Positions 1 to 7,540 of a stretch of 32,000 nucleotides of DNA are shown here, in pieces. Each line of letters begins with the position of its first letter. Within the stretch, counting starts at the first letter, position 1. Under the pieces are notes generated by a model, which ran no database searches, was not told where the DNA came from, and saw nothing but the letters and a program-made list of their open reading frames with translations. This DNA comes from Wolbachia endosymbiont strain TRS of Brugia malayi (lineage in GTDB: Bacteria > Pseudomonadota > Alphaproteobacteria > Rickettsiales > Anaplasmataceae): the NCBI RefSeq assembly GCF_000008385.1, contig NC_006833.1:30001-62000 (forward strand). The letters are read 5' to 3'. Both the position numbers and the translations under genes were made by a program.

Positions 1-2
1 AA

Positions 3-155
3 GCTGACAAGGATTACGTTGACGCTGAATTGAATGCAAAACTGAATTCAAGTGATCTTCAAGAAAAAGTTAAAGAAGTGTTACCTACTCTCTTACAAAA
101 TCCTGAAGTTATGAGAATATTTGAAAGCAAGTTTCGAGCAAGAACAGGCGCATAA
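3..155 (+). CDS. 3' end of a hypothetical protein; the gene starts upstream of the window
   Basis: Frame 3 is open from the window edge to TAA at 153-155 (ADKDYVDAELNAKLNSSDLQEKVKEVLPTLLQNPEVMRIFESKFRARTGA*). It is absent from the ORF track because there is no start codon in the window. Confidence 0.45.
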   Translation, partial: ADKDYVDAELNAKLNSSDLQEKVKEVLPTLLQNPEVMRIFESKFRARTGA

Positions 156-169
156 GCTAAATGGAATGG

Positions 170-205
170 GAGGTGGAGGCATCTCTACCTCTTTCCTTCC
201 ACCTC
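170..205 (+). terminator. GC-rich hairpin just after the stop codon; possible terminator or stability element
   Basis: A 10-bp stem pairs 170-179 (GAGGTGGAGG) with 196-205 (CTTCCACCTC, one G-U), with a 16-nt loop. No U-tract follows, so it is not a canonical intrinsic terminator. Confidence 0.3.
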
Positions 206-330
206 AGCATATAAAATTCATTAAATTATTCCAAGTTTTAACTATATCTCCATCTAATGTTCACGCTTAAAGCATTAGATACTTTTTTTAAGATATAAGC
301 TAATTTTATGTTAAAATAACGTTCTTGACT

Positions 331-447
331 GGATTGCGGAAAGTCTGGACTCCAGCATCACGTGCTGGGTGCAGTTCATTGTACCGCGATTCATTTGTGG
401 TATCTCTGAATTCCGCTAGCAAGCAGCGGGATGACGGTAGCCACAAA
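331..447 (-). ncRNA. Structured tail of module copy A; candidate structured RNA domain of unknown class
   Basis: GC content is visibly higher than the flanks. Stems: 331-338/385-392 (GGATTGCG/CGCGATTC, 2 G-U); hairpin 352-357/363-368 (CCAGCA/TGCTGG); hairpin 369-373/380-384; long hairpin 394-404/436-447 with apical stem 412-417/425-430 (TCCGCT/AGCGGG). The apical stem covaries with copies D and C. Confidence 0.4.
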
Positions 448-489
448 ATATTTAAGAAATTTACTAAATAAAAAAAGGTAAAAAGAACC

Positions 490-654
490 CTAGTCACTAT
501 CTATTTTCTGTATTGACGTTTTTTGAGTCTTAAACACTTTATAAGTGAGTTTCAACTTATATAGGTAAAAACCTAGGGATGTTGTGTGAAGACATAAGAT
601 GCATATAGTGCAAAAAATTAAACATAAAGTGCCAACTACGTGATACTTCGTCAT
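490..654 (-). CDS. Small hydrophobic Cys-rich peptide, 54 aa, inside module copy A; candidate type I toxin-like or small membrane protein
   Basis: I translated it by hand: ATG at 654-652, TAG at 492-490, giving MTKYHVVGTLCLIFCTICILCLHTTSLGFYLYKLKLTYKVFKTQKTSIQKIDSD. At under 60 aa it is missing from the ORF track. A homologous intact ORF sits in copy D. It has one TM-like segment followed by a Lys/Tyr-rich tail, and no clear Shine-Dalgarno. Confidence 0.45.
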   Translation of the reverse strand: MTKYHVVGTLCLIFCTICILCLHTTSLGFYLYKLKLTYKVFKTQKTSIQKIDSD

Positions 655-739
655 TCAATCTGCACAGATTGAAGATAACTGAGTACCTTCTAGTGCTATG
701 GGGCTGACGAGGCTATCAAGTAGTTTTTATGCCAGTCAA

Positions 740-1900
740 CTACTTGCGCATATCCAAGATATTCTTTTCGTAAATATTATACCAACAATCCACTATTTTT
801 CTTATGTCTCGTGGCTTGGTTTGCGGACCTATACTAACTCTAATTGAACACTCTGCTTGTTCTCTTGTTGCCCCCATTGCAAGCAAAACATGGGAAGGCT
901 CAACTTTTCCAGAAGAACAGGCAGAGCCATTGCTAACAGCAATGTTATTTAAGTCAAAATTCATGAGCTGCACATCACTTTTCACTCCTGGCATGTAAAT
1001 AAGGCTCGTATTTGGTAGTCTTTTAGAGTTTTTGCCAAAGATTTTGATGCCACTGGCAAGATTCAATAACTCATACTCCAATTGATCACGTAGCTCCTTT
1101 ATTTCATCCATTTTTGATAGGAGATTTGAGATACTTTGCAATGCAGCAGAAAGACCTGCAATTGCAACAATATTTTCTGTGCCACCACGCAATCCTTTTT
1201 CTTGTCCACCACCTACTATGATAGGTTCTATTACGAGGTCTTTATTAAATATTAAAACTCCGCTGCCCGCTATACCGCCAAATTTGTGGGCAGATAAAGT
1301 TAGTAAGTCCATTCCTAAATCTTCCATATTAACCTTAATTTTTCCAACACTTTGAGCAGCATCAGTATGATAGATTGTCTCGAATTTATGTGCTATTTCA
1401 GCTATTTCTTTAACAGGCTGAACAACTCCAGTCTCGTTATTGGCCATCATAACCGAAACTATTACTCTATTTCCTTTAAGTTCACTTAAAATTCTTTCTA
1501 GCGCCAAAAGATCGACAATACCCCCCTGATTGACGGGTATTATATGTGGATTGCACGCAGAATTAAGAATTGAGGGATGTTCTACAGCTGAAATCACATG
1601 TTGAAAGCCTGCTATCCCTTTCATAACAAGACTATTTGCTTCAGTTGCACCAGACGTAAAAACTATTTCTTTATTACTTGGAACGCCAATAGCACTACGA
1701 ATGTTATCCCTTGCATCCTGAAGAATCCTTCTTGCTTCTTGTCCCTTTCTATGTAACGATGAAGGATTTAAAACCTGTTTTGATAGGACTTCAAGTATAC
1801 TCTCTTTTACACTGTCACTAACTGGAAAAGTTGCATTATAGTCAGCGTATATATAATCACTATTTTCTAAAGAAAATAGATTCAAATGTTCATTTGCCAC
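740..1900 (-). CDS. NifS-like cysteine desulfurase (class V aminotransferase), a paralog of IscS
   Basis: 386-aa ORF. It has the PLP-lysine motif SAHKFGG, the catalytic Cys loop SNGSACSSG and the TSGATEAN motif. Confidence 0.85.
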   Translation of the reverse strand: MANEHLNLFSLENSDYIYADYNATFPVSDSVKESILEVLSKQVLNPSSLHRKGQEARRILQDARDNIRSAIGVPSNKEIVFTSGATEANSLVMKGIAGFQHVISAVEHPSILNSACNPHIIPVNQGGIVDLLALERILSELKGNRVIVSVMMANNETGVVQPVKEIAEIAHKFETIYHTDAAQSVGKIKVNMEDLGMDLLTLSAHKFGGIAGSGVLIFNKDLVIEPIIVGGGQEKGLRGGTENIVAIAGLSAALQSISNLLSKMDEIKELRDQLEYELLNLASGIKIFGKNSKRLPNTSLIYMPGVKSDVQLMNFDLNNIAVSNGSACSSGKVEPSHVLLAMGATREQAECSIRVSIGPQTKPRDIRKIVDCWYNIYEKNILDMRK

Positions 1901-2033
1901 TTAATTAGCCTACTATTAACTATATATTAGCTTTAACACGGTAAAAAGCTTGTTGCAAAAACAGTAAAATTAATACATAATTAATATATGCACAATTTAT
2001 ATATCTGTTAACAGGTTTTCATTAGGAGCTGCC

Positions 2034-2732
2034 GTGGTAGAAGTTTTTTTAAATAATGCAACAAAAAAAATAGAAGGTGAGTACCACCAGAGCAAAGAGA
2101 CCAACGCACCAGTTGTGTTAATTTTACATCATCACCCTCAATATGGTGGCAGTATGGATAGTAAAATGATACATAGTATATACACATCTTTTATAGATAA
2201 CAATTTTTCTGCATTGAAAATTAACTTCCGTGGTGTTGGAAAATCCACTGGAACTTTCGATAAGGGTATAGGGGAGTTAACTGACGCCGCAATAGCCATT
2301 GATTGGCTTCAAGAACACAACCCTAGTAATGTTCCAATTTGGATCGTTGGTTTTTCCTTTGGAGCATGGGTAGCTATGCAATTGACAATGCGCAGACCTG
2401 AGATAGTAGGCTTTATTGCTCTTTCCCTTCCAGCAACAAAGTATGATTTCTCTTTTCTCTCCCCCTGTCCGGTTCCTGGGCTTATCATACAAAGCAGTAA
2501 TGACACAATTTCAGAAGAAAGTGATGTAACAGAATTAGCAAACAGGCTGATAAACTCAGTAAAAAGCGATCACATGGAGTACCACATTATAGGCGACACT
2601 AACCACTTCTTAAGAGATAAAGAAGAGGAGGTGACTCAAATTATAGACAATTATGTAAAATTGCGCTTGAATAGTGCAGCTATCTCTTCTCAAATGGTTA
2701 AAAAAGAGATAAGAATAAAAGAGTACGCTTAA
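2034..2732 (+). CDS. Alpha/beta-fold hydrolase
   Basis: 232-aa ORF with a GTG start 6 nt after AGGAG (2024-2028). It has the nucleophile elbow GFSFGAW and candidate Asp (SNDTI) and His (TNHF) residues. Confidence 0.7.
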   Translation: MVEVFLNNATKKIEGEYHQSKETNAPVVLILHHHPQYGGSMDSKMIHSIYTSFIDNNFSALKINFRGVGKSTGTFDKGIGELTDAAIAIDWLQEHNPSNVPIWIVGFSFGAWVAMQLTMRRPEIVGFIALSLPATKYDFSFLSPCPVPGLIIQSSNDTISEESDVTELANRLINSVKSDHMEYHIIGDTNHFLRDKEEEVTQIIDNYVKLRLNSAAISSQMVKKEIRIKEYA

Positions 2733-2750
2733 TCGGAGAAAGGTTTGATT

Positions 2751-2921
2751 ATGTTTAAGAAATTATTGTTATGTGTTTTAGTTACTTTTGCCCTACAAGG
2801 GGGTTGTCCTAAGCCACGCAAGTTAAAAAGCCCATGTATAAAAGGCAATGAAAGCACTTCGTGCAAATTATACTCTGTCAATGATCACTGGCTGGGTAAG
2901 CACAAGTTAGTAGCTAAATAG
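2751..2921 (+). CDS. Putative small lipoprotein (56 aa)
   Basis: Hand-translated as MFKKLLLCVLVTFALQGGCPKPRKLKSPCIKGNESTSCKLYSVNDHWLGKHKLVAK*. It has a signal peptide with a lipobox-like LQGGC and a GGAGAAAGG RBS at 2735-2743. It is too short for the ORF track. Confidence 0.45.
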   Translation: MFKKLLLCVLVTFALQGGCPKPRKLKSPCIKGNESTSCKLYSVNDHWLGKHKLVAK

Positions 2922-2932
2922 ATTCTACCTAT

Positions 2933-3622
2933 TTATAATTTCACTAACGATCCATCTTTTAATTGTAGAATATAGTCTGCCTTTTCTGCAAGAAGATGGC
3001 TATGTGTTACTATAAGCATAGAGCTATTATTTTCCTTTACGTACGAATACAATAGTAAAAACACATTCAAAGAATTTGTTGGATCCAAATTTCCTGTAGG
3101 TTCATCCGCAAGTAAAAGTCTTGGAGAATTCACGATGCTTCTTGCAATTGCAACTCTTTGCCTTTCTCCGCCAGAAATCTCAGATATCATACTGCTTGCT
3201 TTGTTTTCCAGCCCAAATTTCTCTAACACTGCTTGTGCATTGTTTATTGCTTCAGCTTTGCCTTTTCTTGCAATTAGTTGAGGAAGAATAACATTCTCCA
3301 ACACCGATAACTCTTGTAACAAATAGTGAAATTGATAAACAAAGCTAAGAAAACTCCTTCTCATGTGGGTTTTGTGCTTATTACTGGCTTGTGTGCAATT
3401 TACTCCATCTATTGTAACTATTCCTGAAGTTGGCTTATCTAATAAGCCTGCAATTTGCAATATAGTTGTTTTTCCTGACCCTGAACTGCCAATTAATGCA
3501 ACTACTTGTCCTTTTGCAACACTTAGATTGATACCTTTTATAATAGCAGAATTTCTTTTGAAGCTCTTACTTATAGAAGTTAGCTCGAGTGCTATATTAC
3601 CACCCATGTTAAAAAAACTCAA
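2933..3622 (-). CDS. lolD: ABC transporter ATP-binding protein, LolD-like (lipoprotein release)
   Basis: 229-aa ORF with Walker A GSSGSGKTT, signature ISGGERQR and Walker B LLLADEPT. The size is typical of LolD. The true start may be the internal Met (MGGNIALEL). Confidence 0.65.
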   Translation of the reverse strand: MSFFNMGGNIALELTSISKSFKRNSAIIKGINLSVAKGQVVALIGSSGSGKTTILQIAGLLDKPTSGIVTIDGVNCTQASNKHKTHMRRSFLSFVYQFHYLLQELSVLENVILPQLIARKGKAEAINNAQAVLEKFGLENKASSMISEISGGERQRVAIARSIVNSPRLLLADEPTGNLDPTNSLNVFLLLYSYVKENNSSMLIVTHSHLLAEKADYILQLKDGSLVKL

Positions 3623-3646
3623 GAGGCACTCAAACTCTGGTAATAA

Positions 3647-4105
3647 TTAAACTGAGAAGCTATTACCACATCCACACTGAGACTTAGCAAGAGCATTCTT
3701 TACTTGAAAACCAGAACCACTTAAGTTTTCAGTATAATCTATAATTGAGTTATTTAAAAATTTTACCGAACAATTATCAACCATTAATACAGGATTTCCA
3801 TCTTTATCATTAATTACTATATCTTTGCTTTTTCTACTAAAGCTAGAGCGGCTTCTATAGTCCTCACTTTCATCATCATCATCATCTTCGTCATCAAATT
3901 CATCATCATCATCATCGTCACTCAAAGATAGGTTTTTATCTATTTGATCCATAAGAAAATTGTACTTGAAGCCAGAACATCCACCACCTGAAACTGCAAC
4001 TCGCAAAATAGAACTCTTATCTTCTTCCTGCTCTACAAGAGAGTGGATTTTCTTTAATGCACTGTCAGTTAAGTTAATATTGTAATCTGTTGACATAGTC
4101 ACCAC
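3647..4105 (-). CDS. erpA: HesB/IscA-family Fe-S cluster insertion protein (ErpA-like) with a poly-acidic insertion
   Basis: 152-aa ORF with GGGCSGFKY and the C-terminal CGCGNSFSV signature. About 35 extra residues (DDDDDDEFDDEDDDDDESEDYRSRSSFSRKSK) interrupt the domain. Confidence 0.8.
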   Translation of the reverse strand: MVTMSTDYNINLTDSALKKIHSLVEQEEDKSSILRVAVSGGGCSGFKYNFLMDQIDKNLSLSDDDDDDEFDDEDDDDDESEDYRSRSSFSRKSKDIVINDKDGNPVLMVDNCSVKFLNNSIIDYTENLSGSGFQVKNALAKSQCGCGNSFSV

Positions 4106-4143
4106 CTTTTATTATTGATAACTTATTATAGTAAAAATTTTAC

Positions 4144-5343
4144 ATGTCAAACAATAATTTTCTATTAAGTTACGCGTGCTTTCCAAACAAAACAAGGGGA
4201 AGATACTTTAAAGAGCAAGAAGATGAAAACCGCAGCTGTTTTCAGCGTGATAGAGATCGCATTATTCATTCTAATGCATTTAGAAAATTGGAATACAAAA
4301 CACAAGTTTTCATTAATTATGAGCACGACTACTATCGCACTCGGCTTACCCATAGCCTTGAAGTTGCACAAATTGCAAGATCTATCGCACGTAGGCTTGG
4401 CTTAGATGAGGATATTACTGAATGCATAGCGCTCGCACACGATCTCGGTCACCCTCCATTTGGCCATACAGGCGAAAACGCTCTAAAGAGAGCAGTTCAA
4501 GATCTGAATCTTGATAACGAGAAATATGAATTTGACCATAATGTTCAGGCTATAAGGATTCTAACTTATCTTGAACAAAAACATGCTGATTTTGATGGCA
4601 TGAATTTAAGTTGGGAAGTGGTTGAAGGAGTTGCAAAGCATAATGGTCCCTTGCTTGGTCGAAATGCAGTATCTTACACAAATAATCAACTATTACTAGA
4701 ATATAATGAAAAATATAATCTAAAACTTGAAGAATTTTCAAGCATTGAAGCACAAGTTGCCTCAATTGCTGATGATATTGCTTACAGTGTTCATGACCTT
4801 GATGATGAATTGAGAGCGAATTTAGTAACTATTGAAGATTTGCTTAATATTCCTTTAATTGGAAAAACGTTTAAAGACGTAGAAAGTAGATATTCAGAAT
4901 TACCTCAGAACAAACTTATACATGAATCATTGAGTAGGACCATAGGAATGATGATAAGTGATGTTGTTTCTCAGACGGAAAAAAATATTGAAGATTACAA
5001 AATAAAAAGTGTAGAAGACGTAAGAAGTCTAAATAAAATGCTAGTCACATTTTCACCAGAAGTTGCAAATGCCACGAAAGAAGTGAAGAAATTCAACATG
5101 GAAAAAATATATAGAAGTTACAAACTTAACAGAACAATGAACAAAGCAAAACGTATAGTAGAAGAACTTTTTCAATGTTTTTATGAAAATCCAAGGTTAT
5201 TGCCCATAGAGTGGAACAAGCTCGCTCATAAATTCCAGCGTTCGGTAGTAATATGCGACTATATCTCGGGTATGACAGATAGATTTGCTATACACGAGCA
5301 CAGAAGAATTTTTGATACCTCATACGAAATGACTTCTTTCTAA
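4144..5343 (+). CDS. dgt: dGTP triphosphohydrolase-like HD-domain protein
   Basis: 399-aa ORF with the HD motifs HSLEVAQIARS and LAHDLGHPPFGH, and the C-terminal ISGMTDRFA motif. Confidence 0.85.
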   Translation: MSNNNFLLSYACFPNKTRGRYFKEQEDENRSCFQRDRDRIIHSNAFRKLEYKTQVFINYEHDYYRTRLTHSLEVAQIARSIARRLGLDEDITECIALAHDLGHPPFGHTGENALKRAVQDLNLDNEKYEFDHNVQAIRILTYLEQKHADFDGMNLSWEVVEGVAKHNGPLLGRNAVSYTNNQLLLEYNEKYNLKLEEFSSIEAQVASIADDIAYSVHDLDDELRANLVTIEDLLNIPLIGKTFKDVESRYSELPQNKLIHESLSRTIGMMISDVVSQTEKNIEDYKIKSVEDVRSLNKMLVTFSPEVANATKEVKKFNMEKIYRSYKLNRTMNKAKRIVEELFQCFYENPRLLPIEWNKLAHKFQRSVVICDYISGMTDRFAIHEHRRIFDTSYEMTSF

Positions 5344-6479
5344 TGATTGACAACCATTTCATGTCAATTGCATTAAGTCTTGCAGAAAAAACTCTAGGGA
5401 ATGTTGCGCCAAACCCTGCTGTCGGGTGTATCATTGTAAAAGATGGAGTAGTAGTTGGTGAGGGCCATACAGGAATCGGTGGGCGCCCACATGCAGAAGT
5501 AGCCGCTTTGCAAAGCGCTAAAGGTTCAACCCATGGTGCAACTATGTATGTCACTCTTGAGCCATGCTGCCATTATGGGGTTACAGAACCCTGCATTATA
5601 GAAATAATAAGATCAGGAATAAAAAAGGTAGTAGTTGCAGCAATTGACCCTGATAAAAGAGTTTCAGGTGGCGGTATTAAAGCTTTAGAAGAAGCAGGAA
5701 TTACAGTGGAACAAGGGATTATGCAAGAGGAAGCAGAAAAACTGAATATCGGCTTTTTCACTACCAGGAAATTACATAGACCATTTATAGCTTGCAAAAT
5801 CGCAACAACTCTTGATGGAAAAATCGCAACATTTAAAGGTGATAGCAAATGGATAACAAGTGGAAGCACAAGAAATTGGGTACACGAGCTCAGAGCAAAA
5901 TATGATGCAATTATGATTGGCAGTAATACTCTCATTAATGATGATCCACTCTTAACTTGCAGATTACCAGGACTTGAAAGCAGATCACCAATAAGACTAA
6001 TTATAGACAGCCAGGAAAAATTGAAGGAAAAGCATAATGTTGTAAAGACTGCAGATAAAGTAACAACTTGGGTAATAATAAATAAAAAAATAGAGAAAAA
6101 AATAAAAAATATTAACTATCTAATAGTCAACTCAAATGATAAACCTATTCCAGCTTCACATACTGGAATGACATCGAATCAAGGGGAATATAGTACAGAT
6201 AAAGTTTGCCTAAAAGACATGGCATTAAAACTTGTTTCAGAGATTGGCATAACAAGGTTACTAGTCGAAGGTGGAAGAGTATTAACCACAGAGTTATTAA
6301 AGCATGATTTAATCGACAGATTGATAATCTGCCGTAGTGGTAAAATTCTAGGCAATGACGCCATTCCTTTTATAGGAAATTTAGAAATTCAATCCATTAA
6401 CAACTGCTACCAATTCAAGAAAGCCGAGATAATAGACTTTGATGAGGATATAGTTGAAGTTTGGGACAAATTACAGTAG
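5343..6479 (+). CDS. ribD: Bifunctional riboflavin biosynthesis protein RibD (deaminase/reductase)
   Basis: 378-aa ORF with deaminase zinc motifs HAEVAAL and LEPCCHYGVTEPC plus a C-terminal reductase domain. Its ATG overlaps the dgt stop by 1 nt (TAATG). Confidence 0.85.
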   Translation: MIDNHFMSIALSLAEKTLGNVAPNPAVGCIIVKDGVVVGEGHTGIGGRPHAEVAALQSAKGSTHGATMYVTLEPCCHYGVTEPCIIEIIRSGIKKVVVAAIDPDKRVSGGGIKALEEAGITVEQGIMQEEAEKLNIGFFTTRKLHRPFIACKIATTLDGKIATFKGDSKWITSGSTRNWVHELRAKYDAIMIGSNTLINDDPLLTCRLPGLESRSPIRLIIDSQEKLKEKHNVVKTADKVTTWVIINKKIEKKIKNINYLIVNSNDKPIPASHTGMTSNQGEYSTDKVCLKDMALKLVSEIGITRLLVEGGRVLTTELLKHDLIDRLIICRSGKILGNDAIPFIGNLEIQSINNCYQFKKAEIIDFDEDIVEVWDKLQ

Positions 6480-6503
6480 TTTTTATATTCTTGAATAAAA
6501 GAA

Positions 6504-6524
6504 AGAGGTAAAAAATCTACCTCT
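6504..6524 (-). terminator. Intrinsic-terminator-like hairpin between convergent ribD and the minus-strand pseudogene
   Basis: AGAGGTA / TACCTCT forms a 7-bp stem with a 7-nt loop. On the minus strand it is followed by TTTCTTTTATT. Confidence 0.45.
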
Positions 6525-6564
6525 AGTTAGTGGATTATTGACTTCCAACTAAAACTATAGGAGA

Positions 6565-7053
6565 CTAGAGCTTATTATCAACACTCAGGCTATCTAGTTT
6601 TGTTTGTATAGTCTCAATCTTCTCATCAACGTAAGTCGTGTCAGCTTTTGTGCCTGGTACATTTGTTAGTTGAGTGTTAGTAACCTAAACCCCTAGTTTT
6701 TGTTTCAACTGCTTTTTTAGTTGCTTCAGCCCTTCTAGCTGCGTTTTCACTATTTCTTTAACTTCCTCAGCATTCCTAGATGTCTTGGCTTCACTTATTT
6801 CTTCATTTTTATGCATTTGCTGATATGAAAAAATATGTGGCAATGACAGATAGAACTGCAACTCCAACAAGATTGACAATTATGCTAATAAGCACCAAAG
6901 GCTTGGTACAACAATTACATTAGTCGCAATTAATACTGTTGTTATTGCTACTGCTAAAGATGCAAGTGCAATCATGTATTCAATACCTGTTTTCATTATA
7001 TGTACGGTGTTTTTCCCTCTCCATATGCTTAGCTTATTTCCATTACCTGGCAT
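6565..7053 (-). pseudogene. Frameshifted membrane-anchored coiled-coil protein
   Basis: The minus strand gives MPGNGNKLSIWRGKNTVHIMKTGIEYMIALASLAVAITTVLIATNVIVVPSLWCLLA* (6880-7053). A TM-like piece follows in another frame (IIVNLVGVAVLSVIATYFF). Then comes the 64-aa ORF at 6685-6879, a stop, and ...TKADTTYVDEKIETIQTKLDSLSVDNKL* ending at 6565. Confidence 0.4.
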
Positions 7054-7261
7054 AATAACTTTCCCCTAATAAAGTTAATAATAAATTTGGCGTACACGAT
7101 CAAGTTATTTTTTTAGGCATAATTTCGAGCTGAAAACCTGCTTTTTAACTGCCAACAACTGTATGCAGCTAGCTAAATTCGATAAACCAACAGCTGACCA
7201 GGTAAATTAAATAAAGATTTTTAGAATTATGGCCTTGGCCTACAATTTTATAAACATCGTA

Positions 7262-7540
7262 ATTTAAAAACAGGGAAAGCAGAACTAAAAAACTACTTGA
7301 CAAACTTTACAGCCCACTTATTATAATAGTGGGATTATTTTATAACTTTCCAATCTGTGCGGATAAAAATGACAAGAAGATCTTGTATTTAGTGTACTAT
7401 TGTTTAGTTTTATTATGAAGCCAAATGCACAACTTGTAGACTAGGAACCAGGTGTTCCTTCCTCATCATCCCTCTGGTAACGACGTTCGTGCACTGGATT
7501 TTGTACTTGAGACAATTATATCTTGAAAAAATTAAGTTTT
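7262..7540 (+). repeat. Copy B of the intergenic module (degenerate; small ORF has nonsense codons)
   Basis: It aligns with copy C from AAAAACAGGGA through TTGACA, CTGTGCGGAT and the ATGACAAGAAGA start. The ORF homolog at 7369 reads MTRRSCI* with TAG at 7390-7392 and a second in-frame stop. The downstream part is diverged and partly deleted. Confidence 0.7.
7297..7327 (+). promoter_or_regulatory. Sigma70-like promoter inside module copy B
   Basis: TTGACA at 7297-7302, a 19-nt spacer, then TATAAT at 7322-7327. The -10 lies in the loop of a CCCACT/AGTGGG hairpin. It points toward iscS, about 260 nt downstream. Confidence 0.4.

Larger units (their letters stand above)
331..736 (-). repeat. Copy A of the four-copy intergenic module (intact small ORF, most GC-rich structured tail)
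   Basis: By-eye alignment of its reverse complement with 7262-7540 and 14399-14830, and of its + strand with 23700-24155. Shared blocks are AAAACTACTTGA(C/T)A, CTGTGC(A/G)GATT, TATGTTTAATT(T/C)TTT and TAGGGTT(T)CTTTT..GTAAATTTCTTAAATATTT. It lies directly 3' of the nifS-like gene on the same strand. Confidence 0.8.

Noticed and set aside
338-353. GGAAAGTCTGGACTCC resembles the RNase P RNA CR-I/P4 motif (GGAAAGUCCGGGCUCC). Nearby, GCAAGCAGCGGGATGACGGTAG resembles the E. coli P12 region. This could suggest rnpB.
   Set aside because: I found no complementary P4 3' strand (nothing like ACAGAACCCAGCTT). There is no GGGTGAAA/GGTAAGAG S-domain motif and no P1-P3. The island is only about 117 nt. 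The GCGG of the motif pairs in a local stem, and the segment is homologous to AT-rich tails of other module copies. A cmscan against RF00010 would settle it.
331-447. The island's length (~117 nt) and GC-richness suggested 5S rRNA or SRP (4.5S) RNA.
   Set aside because: It lacks the SRP GGAA tetraloop/AGCA internal loop arrangement. It lacks the 5S helix I end-pairing. The loose 5S-like strings GAATTCAGAGAT and GATGACGGTAG lie on opposite strands.
306-497. 63-aa minus-strand ORF from the track (MTRVLFTFFYLV...).
   Set aside because: It starts at a GTG inside the conserved non-coding end block of the module and runs through the hairpin island. The frame is closed in copies C and D, so it is most likely fortuitous.
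446-736. The repeat family might be a MITE or IS remnant.
   Set aside because: I found no terminal inverted repeats, no target-site duplication and no transposase-like frame. The ends are A/T-rich but not complementary.
3868-3922. An ATC/GTC triplet run that could be mistaken for a non-coding microsatellite or repeat array.
   Set aside because: It is in frame within the erpA-like ORF and encodes the poly-Asp/Glu tract.
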